Shown here: positions 17,973-26,501 of the stretch, piece by piece
How the letters are laid out: every line of letters starts with the position of its first letter
Numbering within the stretch: position 1 is the first letter of the stretch
Assembly: GCA_937989765.1 (NCBI GenBank)
Contig: CALKRZ010000072.1
Coordinates: 1 to 36,834, forward strand
Length of the DNA: 36,834 nt
Source: an uncultured Clostridia bacterium
GTDB taxonomy: Bacteria > Bacillota > Clostridia > Lachnospirales > CALKRZ01
Direction: 5' to 3'
Notes under the pieces: generated by a model
Databases searched by the model: none
The model's input: only the letters and a program-made list of their open reading frames with translations
Told to the model about the DNA's origin: nothing
Made by a program: the position numbers and the translations under genes

Positions 17973-18725
17973 ATGGGGAAATTAGTAAGGTATGATTGGA
18001 TAGAAAATAAAGTAACATATAGTATGATTCTGATCCTGATTATAGGCCTTAACATTGGAATGCTCATTTTTCGTGAAACCATATCTATACAAGCAGTATG
18101 CATCAGTCTTTTGGCAGGAACCACTATAGCATTTATCATAGGAATGATGGGAAGTATGGCTGTATTTGTACCTGAACAGCCAAAGTTACTGTTTCACACA
18201 CCCATGCCATGCCATGCTTTTATAGATGCAAAAATTATAAATAATGTAAGTATCTTTCTGCTAGGAATTATTTGTTGGGTATTGAATGTGAATGGATATA
18301 TACGATATCATCATGGAAACATCCCTATAGGACAGATACTAGAACTAGTAGAAGAAATGCAAGGAGCAGATACATATATACCTCTTTTACTATTCATGGG
18401 CTTTTTGTCCGTATGGATATTTGCTTTCATATATGCAGATATAGAAATTTGGAAGATATTTAAAATGATTGATGTGCAATCAAGAATGCCAGTTTGTGTA
18501 TTCATAATTCTAGGATATGCATTCAGCATTAAATGGATCGTGCAGGGATTTGAAAACTGGGTACAGCTTCCTGTTAGGATTCATATAGCAAAAGTTTTAG
18601 GCGTATATGCAGAACATCCTTCTGTAGTAACAATGAATATGATGCCATCTATCGCAGTACTAATTATTACAGTCGGTGTATATTTCCATATGAGATATCT
18701 CTATGATCATCACTTTAGTATCTAA
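17973..18725 (+). CDS. Putative ABC-2-type permease (second, divergent paralogue)
   Basis: About six hydrophobic segments; MGKLVRYDW start; AAGGAG RBS. Confidence 0.68.
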   Translation: MGKLVRYDWIENKVTYSMILILIIGLNIGMLIFRETISIQAVCISLLAGTTIAFIIGMMGSMAVFVPEQPKLLFHTPMPCHAFIDAKIINNVSIFLLGIICWVLNVNGYIRYHHGNIPIGQILELVEEMQGADTYIPLLLFMGFLSVWIFAFIYADIEIWKIFKMIDVQSRMPVCVFIILGYAFSIKWIVQGFENWVQLPVRIHIAKVLGVYAEHPSVVTMNMMPSIAVLIITVGVYFHMRYLYDHHFSI

Positions 18726-18813
18726 TTCATCCTATCATACCAATTCCTCAGTTGCACCTTGCGCCTATTTATGAAATAATAGGGAAGATGTTTATAAATA
18801 GGAGGGTGTGTGT

Positions 18814-19392
18814 ATGTTTATACCAGATGGATATGGAATCTTGGAAGTAATCTGTGGGCCAATGTTCTCGGGCAAATCAGAAGAATTAATCCGACGAATT
18901 AGACGAGCCAAGATCGGAAAACAAAAAGTAGTGGTATTTAAACCTGCTATTGATGATCGTTATGATGAGGAATGTATTTGTTCTCATGATGGGAATAATG
19001 TAGAGGGAATCAGCATTGTTAATGCGGAGGAAATACTGAAGTATATAGATGAAGATACCAAAGTGATCGGGATAGATGAAGTGCAGTTTATAGAAGGAAA
19101 TACACAGGATGTCATCAAAGCTCTAGTAGATCAAGGGAAGAGAGTAATCTGTGCAGGATTAGATATGGACTTTAAGGGAGAGCCCTTTGGGTGTGTACCC
19201 AAGCTTTTGGCGGTAGCGGATATAGTGACCAAACTTACGGCTGTGTGTATGACCTGTAGCCATCCTGCCAATCTGACCCAACGCTTGGTAGATGGCAAGC
19301 CAGCCAAATATCATGATCCTCTTATCGTCATTGGAGCCCAAGAGTCCTACGAAGCGCGGTGCAGGAAATGCCATAGTGTGCCGAAGGAGTAG
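18814..19392 (+). CDS. tdk: Thymidine kinase
   Basis: GPMFSGKSEELI, IDEVQF, AGLDMDF and Zn-binding C..C...YEARCRKC motifs. Confidence 0.95.
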   Translation: MFIPDGYGILEVICGPMFSGKSEELIRRIRRAKIGKQKVVVFKPAIDDRYDEECICSHDGNNVEGISIVNAEEILKYIDEDTKVIGIDEVQFIEGNTQDVIKALVDQGKRVICAGLDMDFKGEPFGCVPKLLAVADIVTKLTAVCMTCSHPANLTQRLVDGKPAKYHDPLIVIGAQESYEARCRKCHSVPKE

Positions 19393-19444
19393 GAGTTACT
19401 AGCACTGAGTATCATCTTTGAATTGATGTTGCGTTAATGATTTT

Positions 19445-19479
19445 AAAACAGAAAGGATGAAATATCCTTTCTGTTTTTT
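19445..19479. terminator. Bidirectional terminator between tdk and the EAL gene
   Basis: AAAACAGAAAGGAT-5 nt-ATCCTTTCTGTTTT between convergent genes. Confidence 0.8.
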
Positions 19480-19491
19480 AGTATCCATATT

Positions 19492-20574
19492 TTATAAATC
19501 CTTAAAAGCAGCACCAGATTTTTTTAGATACTCCTCCATTAAATCTTCCGACATGGGTCTGCCGTACAAATAGCCTTGTAATCGTTTAGGTTTTACTAAA
19601 GCAATCCTTTGGGTATTGTCTTTTATATCAGTAGTATTATAATGATTTAGGTGGTCGACTAAAGCAAATATCTGTTTTAACATAGATAAATGTTCTTTTG
19701 TTTCGACACCTTCAATCACTGTATATAAATTTAATCCATCTATGATATAAAATATTCCAGATAGCAAAAGGATATCTTTATTTGTTAACATACCACTTCT
19801 TATAAAAATCTGATCGAGTTTCACAGTATCTATGGATAAGTTCTTTAAATATCCAAGAGATGAGTACCCTGTTCCAAAATCATCAATAGCAATTTTAATG
19901 CCTGTTTGTCTCAGTTTTTCTATAATCCGATCCTCTTTGATCGTATCGATAGATTGAGATTCTGTGATTTCTAATTCGATATATTCAGGGTTTACAGCTG
20001 TGCTTTTAAGAATACCTATGACAACATCCGTAAAATTACTTTGTTGGAGTTGTTTGACAGATACATTTACGCCCATGTGGATATCATACCCCAGGTCATG
20101 CCATTTTTTTAGCTGATTACATGCAGTGTTCATTACGAATTCACCAATGGGAACAATCAGATCACTACTTTCAGCAAGGGGAATAAATTCTCCAGGAGGG
20201 ATTACTCCCTTCGTGGGATGGTTCCATCTAACAAGTGCTTCTACACCTACTATTTGCTGCGTTTTTATGTCGATTTGAGGTTGATAGTAAACAATAAATT
20301 GTCCATTTCTTACTGCTGATTGGAGCTCTTCTATAGAAAAGGTTTGCATATCTTCCTCTTGGATGGATGTCATACTATAAATATGATGAGTAGTGGAGTT
20401 ATCGTGCAGCGTGTATACAGTGCATACAGTATATATACGATATAGTAATTCTAACACCAGTAAGTCTTTGTTTTTATTATTTGCACGGATAGAGCTTTGT
20501 TTAATATAATTAAATAAGGCACACAAAATATGAATCATTGTGGTATCTAGATTTGCTTCATGTATGCTCTTCAT
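19492..20574 (-). CDS. EAL-domain c-di-GMP phosphodiesterase
   Basis: YYQP, EALVRW, VNVS, ELEITES, DDFGTGYSSL, EGVE and QGY motifs; AAGGAGG RBS. Confidence 0.9.
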   Translation of the reverse strand: MKSIHEANLDTTMIHILCALFNYIKQSSIRANNKNKDLLVLELLYRIYTVCTVYTLHDNSTTHHIYSMTSIQEEDMQTFSIEELQSAVRNGQFIVYYQPQIDIKTQQIVGVEALVRWNHPTKGVIPPGEFIPLAESSDLIVPIGEFVMNTACNQLKKWHDLGYDIHMGVNVSVKQLQQSNFTDVVIGILKSTAVNPEYIELEITESQSIDTIKEDRIIEKLRQTGIKIAIDDFGTGYSSLGYLKNLSIDTVKLDQIFIRSGMLTNKDILLLSGIFYIIDGLNLYTVIEGVETKEHLSMLKQIFALVDHLNHYNTTDIKDNTQRIALVKPKRLQGYLYGRPMSEDLMEEYLKKSGAAFKDL

Positions 20575-20840
20575 AGAGAGAATACCTCCTTGTTATGATA
20601 GATCACTAGTACTACTTTTTGATTGTACGATAGTTCATATCTCTATTTTTTGCAGAGAAGTTTTTTATAGCACGGTAGTTAGTATAGTATATTCATGGTT
20701 GTGTAAAATTGGGACAACTAAAAAAATATATAAGGGAGATCCCAATATCCGTGGGAGTTCAAGCTCAAAAGAGTTTGAAAAACTCTTCCAGATAGTTAAT
20801 AAACTGTAGCGTAGCGGAGGTTTATTCTCTTTGACTCATT

Positions 20841-20870
20841 TGGAACAATAAAAGAAAAAAGTTCGTCTAA
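20841..20870 (+). promoter_or_regulatory. ECF sigma-type promoter
   Basis: TGGAAC-17 bp-CGTCTAA; same motif at 22897-22925. Confidence 0.65.
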
Positions 20871-20891
20871 TTATTTAAAGGGAGTGATTTT

Positions 20892-21491
20892 TTGAAAAAA
20901 ATAATATCGTATTTTATTCTACTTACTGTTTTTATGATCATTTTGGTAGGCTGCAATGAGAAAGAAAAGCCTAGAGTGCAAAATACTCCATTAGAAAATA
21001 CTCAAGTAGAAAATCCACAAGCAACTTTAGAAATTGGAAAAGAAGCAATCGAAGGAGATTTTAGGTATCGTCTTGTCACTGAAAAAGCAGAGTATATTGA
21101 AAATGAACCTGTGAAAATATATGCAGAACTAGAGTATATAGGTAATAAGAAAGAAATAGAAATTTTTCATGCAGCTTCACCATTCTATTTTCCTATGGTT
21201 GAGAAGACACGAGATGTTCAGATTAGTTATGCTATGGCTCAACCATTAGTCAGCACTACGCTTAGTAAGGGAGTGCCAATTAGACAGGACTACGCAGGGA
21301 GCGGTGGATATAGTTCTGAAGAAGAAGAGGAATATATAAATTTTATAAAACGCATTATGAAAAATGAATTTCCAGTGGGGCATTATGTAGTAGATGGAGC
21401 GGCTGCCTTTTCTGTCAGAACAAATGGAGAAACGAGTGAAAAGAGAGAATATAGTATAAAGACTCAGATTGAATTTAAAGTGAACGAATAG
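20892..21491 (+). CDS. Putative lipoprotein
   Basis: MKK plus hydrophobic stretch plus lipobox LVGC. Confidence 0.8.
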   Translation: MKKIISYFILLTVFMIILVGCNEKEKPRVQNTPLENTQVENPQATLEIGKEAIEGDFRYRLVTEKAEYIENEPVKIYAELEYIGNKKEIEIFHAASPFYFPMVEKTRDVQISYAMAQPLVSTTLSKGVPIRQDYAGSGGYSSEEEEEYINFIKRIMKNEFPVGHYVVDGAAAFSVRTNGETSEKREYSIKTQIEFKVNE

Positions 21492-21643
21492 CATAAAAGA
21501 ATTGCTCAAAAACCACGATGAAAACTTCAGGTGGTTTATTTTTTTAGTAGATGCTGTTAGAAGATATAAAAACAAGTAATCAGACTTTACACCAAAATAT
21601 CAGTATATAGGACTAAAATATCGGAGAATCAAGGGGAGAAGAA

Positions 21644-22804
21644 ATGGAGCATATCACGTATAATCTAAGAGAAGAGTCCAATCATTCAGCGCTTTATTAT
21701 GAAACAATTGCTGCTTTTGCAGAGGAGATAGTAGAAGAGTCAAAGATATATACGACATGGATGATCGATGATTTTATCATGTATATACAAAAATCCAAAA
21801 AAGAAGCCCTAAGAACCCACGAAGAATATATCTTAGAAGTACTGACTTTGGGTGTATTATGGCTACATTATAGCGATGATGCGATTTCTCTATTACAGCC
21901 TGCAAGAAGCCTTTTATCTAGATTGACGGAGCTTAGACAGAAATCAAATACGCTAAAACCTGGAGTAGACTTTTTAAGGGGAATCCTATCAACCATTCTT
22001 TTTTCGCCTACACATGCCCAAGAGATCGTAGATTCCTTGAGTCTGACGATAGAGAATATAGATAAGCTGATCTTGTGGCTTATGTCCACAGGCGAATTTA
22101 CACAGGAAGCTTTGAGACTCACGATATGGAGAGAATTATTTACTACAATACCTAAACAAGATGCTGCCGATCATATTGCATCGGCAATAGCCTTTGCAGC
22201 ATGGTTTGAAGTGCGCAGCAAGGAAATTTTGGGCAGGTATACGGTATATGTGGAAGATTTTTTGGAGGAAACGATAAAACAAGATCGTTGGCGTGAGGAT
22301 CTGGTACTTAGGAGACGAGCAAGGGTAGAGTATCACTTGAATATGGTGGGAGCAGAGCTTATGAATCGAGCCTACCAGCAGGATTTTCTCCGTGCGCCTA
22401 GAAAGATCGTACTATTGCCTACCTGTATGAGAAAAAAACAGGCACAATGCAGAGCCAAAGAGGTAGCCGATGCCTATCAATGCACATCCTGCACCGACAG
22501 CTGTACGATATATCAGCTCAAAAAGGTGGGAGAGGAATATAGATTTGAAGTATATATGATCGCACATGAATCATCTGCTTTCTCAAAGGAATTATTGATC
22601 CCAGGGGAAGTAGGGATTATCGGTATCGCCTGTGTACTGAATCTGATGGCAGGAGGTTGGAAAGCCAAAGCACTAGGTATTCCTGCCCAATGTGTATTGC
22701 TTGACTATTGCGGTTGTAAAAACCACTGGCACAGAGAAGGGTTTTCCACGGATATTCATGTAGAGCAGTTTTTGCGGCTGTTCCACAAAAACGTAACATC
22801 TTAA
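21644..22804 (+). CDS. DUF116-like Cys-rich protein with long N-terminal extension
   Basis: LLPTCMR, C..C...C.I, IIGIAC and PAQCVLL motifs in the C-terminal third. Confidence 0.7.
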   Translation: MEHITYNLREESNHSALYYETIAAFAEEIVEESKIYTTWMIDDFIMYIQKSKKEALRTHEEYILEVLTLGVLWLHYSDDAISLLQPARSLLSRLTELRQKSNTLKPGVDFLRGILSTILFSPTHAQEIVDSLSLTIENIDKLILWLMSTGEFTQEALRLTIWRELFTTIPKQDAADHIASAIAFAAWFEVRSKEILGRYTVYVEDFLEETIKQDRWREDLVLRRRARVEYHLNMVGAELMNRAYQQDFLRAPRKIVLLPTCMRKKQAQCRAKEVADAYQCTSCTDSCTIYQLKKVGEEYRFEVYMIAHESSAFSKELLIPGEVGIIGIACVLNLMAGGWKAKALGIPAQCVLLDYCGCKNHWHREGFSTDIHVEQFLRLFHKNVTS

Positions 22805-22896
22805 TAGGAAATTCAAAAGCGACATATGAAAATTCATTTATATACAATCCCAATTGAAATGAGGAGCACAGTACAAAATAATTTTTTTAAAAATAA

Positions 22897-22925
22897 TGGA
22901 ACTTTTTTAACTAGAGCACGTCTAA
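22897..22925 (+). promoter_or_regulatory. ECF sigma-type promoter
   Basis: TGGAAC-16 bp-CGTCTAA. Confidence 0.65.
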
Positions 22926-22963
22926 CTTATTATAACAACATTACAATATAGGAGGTATATTTT

Positions 22964-23752
22964 ATGAAAACGAAAATTATCACATTAGGCACAGTAGGGG
23001 TATTGGCTTTAGGTATTTTGGTAGGTTCATTTTATAATCTAAATCCACTGAAAGTAATAGCATCTACTACAACGGCTGCTCAAGATAATAGAGAAGGTAC
23101 TATTGTAGTCAATGGTATGGGAGAATATGAGGTTAAACCAGATACTGCTTATATCAATGTAGGGGTTACGGTAGAAGAAAAAGATGCGAAAGCAGCGCAA
23201 GAAAAAGCAAAAAAATTAATGAACGAGGTGTATGCTTCTCTAGAAAAGCTCAACATTAAAAAAGACGATATTAAAACAATCAACTTCTTTGTGGAACCGA
23301 TCAGAGATTATAACCAACAAAAAGCAGGAAGTGGCAATATACCTTATCCGATCGTAGGATATAGAGTGGATAATCAAGTAGAAATCATCATCAGAAATAT
23401 TGATGAAGTAGGAAAAATCATTGATACAGTCGCAGGAAAGCAGAATGTAACCATTGGAAATATCCGATTTAGCCTTTTAAATGATAAAGAAGCAAAAGCA
23501 AAAGCAATTGAAGATGCAGTGAGCAAAGCCAAATTTGAAGCAGATACCACTGCAAAAGCACTAGGCGTAAAAGTGACAAAAATCAAAATGGTGAATGTAA
23601 ATACAAATAGTGGCGCACATTATCCAGTATATCCTATGATGAATATGGCAAAAACCGAAATGTTATCAGATCAAGCAGCACCCACAAGTATTTCTTCTGG
23701 AAATGTTAAAATCAATGCCAATGTAGCGATTGAGTTTACTTTAATCCAATAA
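22964..23752 (+). CDS. SIMPL / DUF541 family exported protein
   Basis: Signal-like N-terminus; TIVVNG.G...VKPD.A.INVGV, GYRVDNQV and A...AKALGV motifs. Confidence 0.88.
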   Translation: MKTKIITLGTVGVLALGILVGSFYNLNPLKVIASTTTAAQDNREGTIVVNGMGEYEVKPDTAYINVGVTVEEKDAKAAQEKAKKLMNEVYASLEKLNIKKDDIKTINFFVEPIRDYNQQKAGSGNIPYPIVGYRVDNQVEIIIRNIDEVGKIIDTVAGKQNVTIGNIRFSLLNDKEAKAKAIEDAVSKAKFEADTTAKALGVKVTKIKMVNVNTNSGAHYPVYPMMNMAKTEMLSDQAAPTSISSGNVKINANVAIEFTLIQ

Positions 23753-23753
23753 C

Positions 23754-23787
23754 AAAAAAAGAGTGTGGGAGCCACACTCTTTTTTTT
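23754..23787. terminator. Bidirectional terminator between SIMPL and cheW
   Basis: AAAAAAAGAGTGTGG-GAG-CCACACTCTTTTTTT. Confidence 0.85.
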
Positions 23788-24205
23788 ATGCCAATTTGTT
23801 CACATCGAGTAGAAAGATAGTTCTTTTATCTTTTTTGCCTAAACCTGTGATATAGTCCGTATTATATCTGATTTCTTCAGGGGGAATAGAAATATTGATT
23901 TCATCTAGCTGTAGGACATGGGAAACTCGATCTACGAGTAATCCGAACACTTTATTTTCGCTTTTTGCAATAATAACCCTTGTTTTTTTGTCAGTTTTTT
24001 TAGGAGGGAGTTCAAATCGTTCTCGTAAATTAAGGATGGGGACGATTTCTCCACGTAGGTTAATGAGTCCTTGGATAAATGAAGGGGCATTGGGCACTTT
24101 ATTCATTTTTAGATCTTTGAGGCGGTTGATTTCTTGGGTATGCAATATATGGATGCCGTATTCTTCTTGATCCAAAAAGAATACAACATATTGTAGTTCA
24201 GACAT
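23786..24205 (-). CDS. cheW: Chemotaxis coupling protein CheW
   Basis: VPNAP.FIQGLINLRGEIVPI and GLLVDRV motifs. Confidence 0.93.
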   Translation of the reverse strand: MSELQYVVFFLDQEEYGIHILHTQEINRLKDLKMNKVPNAPSFIQGLINLRGEIVPILNLRERFELPPKKTDKKTRVIIAKSENKVFGLLVDRVSHVLQLDEINISIPPEEIRYNTDYITGLGKKDKRTIFLLDVNKLA

Positions 24206-24226
24206 AGTACCCCTCCTTTCTAGGTT

Positions 24227-26296
24227 CTACAATCTATGTTTATATACTCTAACAGCACCAATATCCAGTACATATACCAGACTTCCGTTGCCTAATATAC
24301 TCACACCAGATATGCCGTGAATATTGCCTAGCATTTTATCTTCTCCTATAAAAGTTCCGAGGGACTTGATCACGATCTCTTGACCATTGAGGAGCTTGTC
24401 CACGATCAGCGCATATTTTTTATCCGAATGACCCACGATCACAATAAAAGCTTTATGGGTATGCGTAGTAGGATCTATACCAAAATATTTACCAAGTCGG
24501 ATTACAGGAATAAACTGCTCACGCCAGTTAAAAATCTCTATACCTTTGGCAGTGTGAATATACTCTGATATTTCATCATCCTTGAGCCGTATGATTTCTA
24601 TGACGGATGAAATAGGGACTGCAAACTTATATTCATCTTCTTGTATCAAGAGTGCTTGGGCAATGGCTAGCGTGAGGGGAAGTTTGATTGTAAAGGTAGT
24701 GCCTTCCCCTTTTTGTGTCTTTAAATCTACGATCCCGTGAAGCTTTCCGATATTTGCTTTGACCACATCTAAGCCTACCCCACGGCCAGATACTTCGCTG
24801 ATTTGTGAAGCGGTTGAAAATCCTGGTTCGAAAATATACTGCAGTATTTCTGGATCAGAAAGAGCCAAGAGCTGCTCGTGGGAGATTAGATTGTTAGATA
24901 AAAGTTTGGCTTTTACTTTTTCTACATCAATGCCTCGACCATCATCAGATAGGGTAATGACTACCGTATTTTCTTCCTGTTTGGCAGAAAGCACAATCGT
25001 ACCTTTGGGGTCTTTTCCACTTAGTTTTCTATCTTCGGGTGTTTCTAGGCCGTGGTCTAGACAGTTTCGTATCAGATGAGTCAGAGGATCTACTAGTTCT
25101 TCGATCATACCTCGATCGATCTCTGTTTCTTTTCCCTCCATCACAAAATTAGCTTCTTTATGAAGGCGGTGCGCCAAATCTCGCACTAAACGAGGGAATC
25201 GATTAAACGTATTTTCAAGTGGCAGCATACGGGTGGACATAATCGTTTCTTGAAGGTCAGCCCCTACTTGATTGATATGGGGAAGAAGATCTAAAAACTG
25301 ATGAATGAGAGGATCATTTTTGTATTTTGCTTTTAAATCTCGCCCCAATTGATTAAGGGTCTCTTTATCAATGATGAATTCTCCTGCCAGATTGACCAAG
25401 GTATCGATCTTATGCACATCCACACGAATCGTGGCACGTTCTTCAGGTTTTGTTTTATTTTCAAGAGCTTCGGTAGAGTTTTCTGCTTTGTATTTGCTCT
25501 CGTGGATCATCTGGATGCGAATTTCTTTTATTTCAGAGACACTATCGATCGTGCTATAAATAATCTCTTCTTTTTGATGCGAGTCAAGTAAAACTACAAT
25601 AAAATTATCAAAAGTCTCATCGATAATGAGGTCAAGATCATCAGGTTCTTGTTTTAAAATGCTTCCGATCTGTTTTAGATTGTTCAAGATCAAGAATGCT
25701 TTGATCGATTTCATCAGAGCATCTTGCTTCAGCTCTACAACGATCTTATAGATATTACTTCGAAGATCAGACTCTTTGTACAGTTCACCCCGTAGTTCGA
25801 GATTACGACATAAGAAGAGCTCTTCTTGTGTAAGTGCGAGAGATATTTGACCTAGATCGTGAGAGGAAGGAGTCGCGGGAGCATCGATCTGACTCTTTGT
25901 GTTTTTTTGTTGGGCAAACTGATTTAAGTCTGTGATACAAGGCGTGATATCAATATCTAGTTCACTGTCTTCACACAAAGAAGCAAGGATCATACGAATC
26001 ATGTCAAGTCCGCGAAGACATACCGTAATGATCTTTTCAGTGGGAGTCAGCTCATTAGAACGGATCATGGAAAAAACATTTTCCATATGATGAGCAAGCT
26101 TGGTAATGGGCTCAATACCCATGACCCCAGAAGAACCCTTGATAGAATGAGCCGCCCTAAAGATCGTTTTTACGATTTCCTCATTGTACATATCACTTTC
26201 TAGCTGAAGTAGAGACTGCTCTAACTGGTCCAACTGTTCTTTGGTTTCTTCTAGGAACATCTGATGAAGATCATCTTGTAAGTTAAGTACAATCAT
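24227..26296 (-). CDS. cheA: Chemotaxis histidine kinase CheA
   Basis: Hpt FRAAHSIKG, P2 region, HLIRNCLDHG, DDGRG, GFST, SGRGVGLDVV and a C-terminal CheW-like domain. Confidence 0.95.
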   Translation of the reverse strand: MIVLNLQDDLHQMFLEETKEQLDQLEQSLLQLESDMYNEEIVKTIFRAAHSIKGSSGVMGIEPITKLAHHMENVFSMIRSNELTPTEKIITVCLRGLDMIRMILASLCEDSELDIDITPCITDLNQFAQQKNTKSQIDAPATPSSHDLGQISLALTQEELFLCRNLELRGELYKESDLRSNIYKIVVELKQDALMKSIKAFLILNNLKQIGSILKQEPDDLDLIIDETFDNFIVVLLDSHQKEEIIYSTIDSVSEIKEIRIQMIHESKYKAENSTEALENKTKPEERATIRVDVHKIDTLVNLAGEFIIDKETLNQLGRDLKAKYKNDPLIHQFLDLLPHINQVGADLQETIMSTRMLPLENTFNRFPRLVRDLAHRLHKEANFVMEGKETEIDRGMIEELVDPLTHLIRNCLDHGLETPEDRKLSGKDPKGTIVLSAKQEENTVVITLSDDGRGIDVEKVKAKLLSNNLISHEQLLALSDPEILQYIFEPGFSTASQISEVSGRGVGLDVVKANIGKLHGIVDLKTQKGEGTTFTIKLPLTLAIAQALLIQEDEYKFAVPISSVIEIIRLKDDEISEYIHTAKGIEIFNWREQFIPVIRLGKYFGIDPTTHTHKAFIVIVGHSDKKYALIVDKLLNGQEIVIKSLGTFIGEDKMLGNIHGISGVSILGNGSLVYVLDIGAVRVYKHRL

Positions 26297-26328
26297 ATAT
26301 TTTTCTCCTCTACACCAGATTCTACTTA

Positions 26329-26501
26329 GGCAACTTCAAGAAAAAACTTTGCAATCTGCTGGTCTATTTTGCATCATACTGCGTCAGCAGAACCCGCTGA
26401 TAGCGCTACTATAGTAGCGAGCACCTCTAGCAACGGAACCTGCTTCCTTGTCTGACACAAAATATCCTCAGCAGATTGTAAAGTTTTTTCTTTGCGTTGC
26501 C
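26329..26501. mobile_element. MITE-like palindromic repeat, copy 2 (173 bp)
   Basis: 33-bp terminal arms matching at 29/33; TTA on both flanks (26326-26328, 26502-26504); near-identical to 5012-5167. Confidence 0.85.

Noticed and set aside
20540-20809. 89-aa ORF in the EAL/lipoprotein spacer
   Set aside because: Overlaps the EAL start antisense; no RBS or motifs
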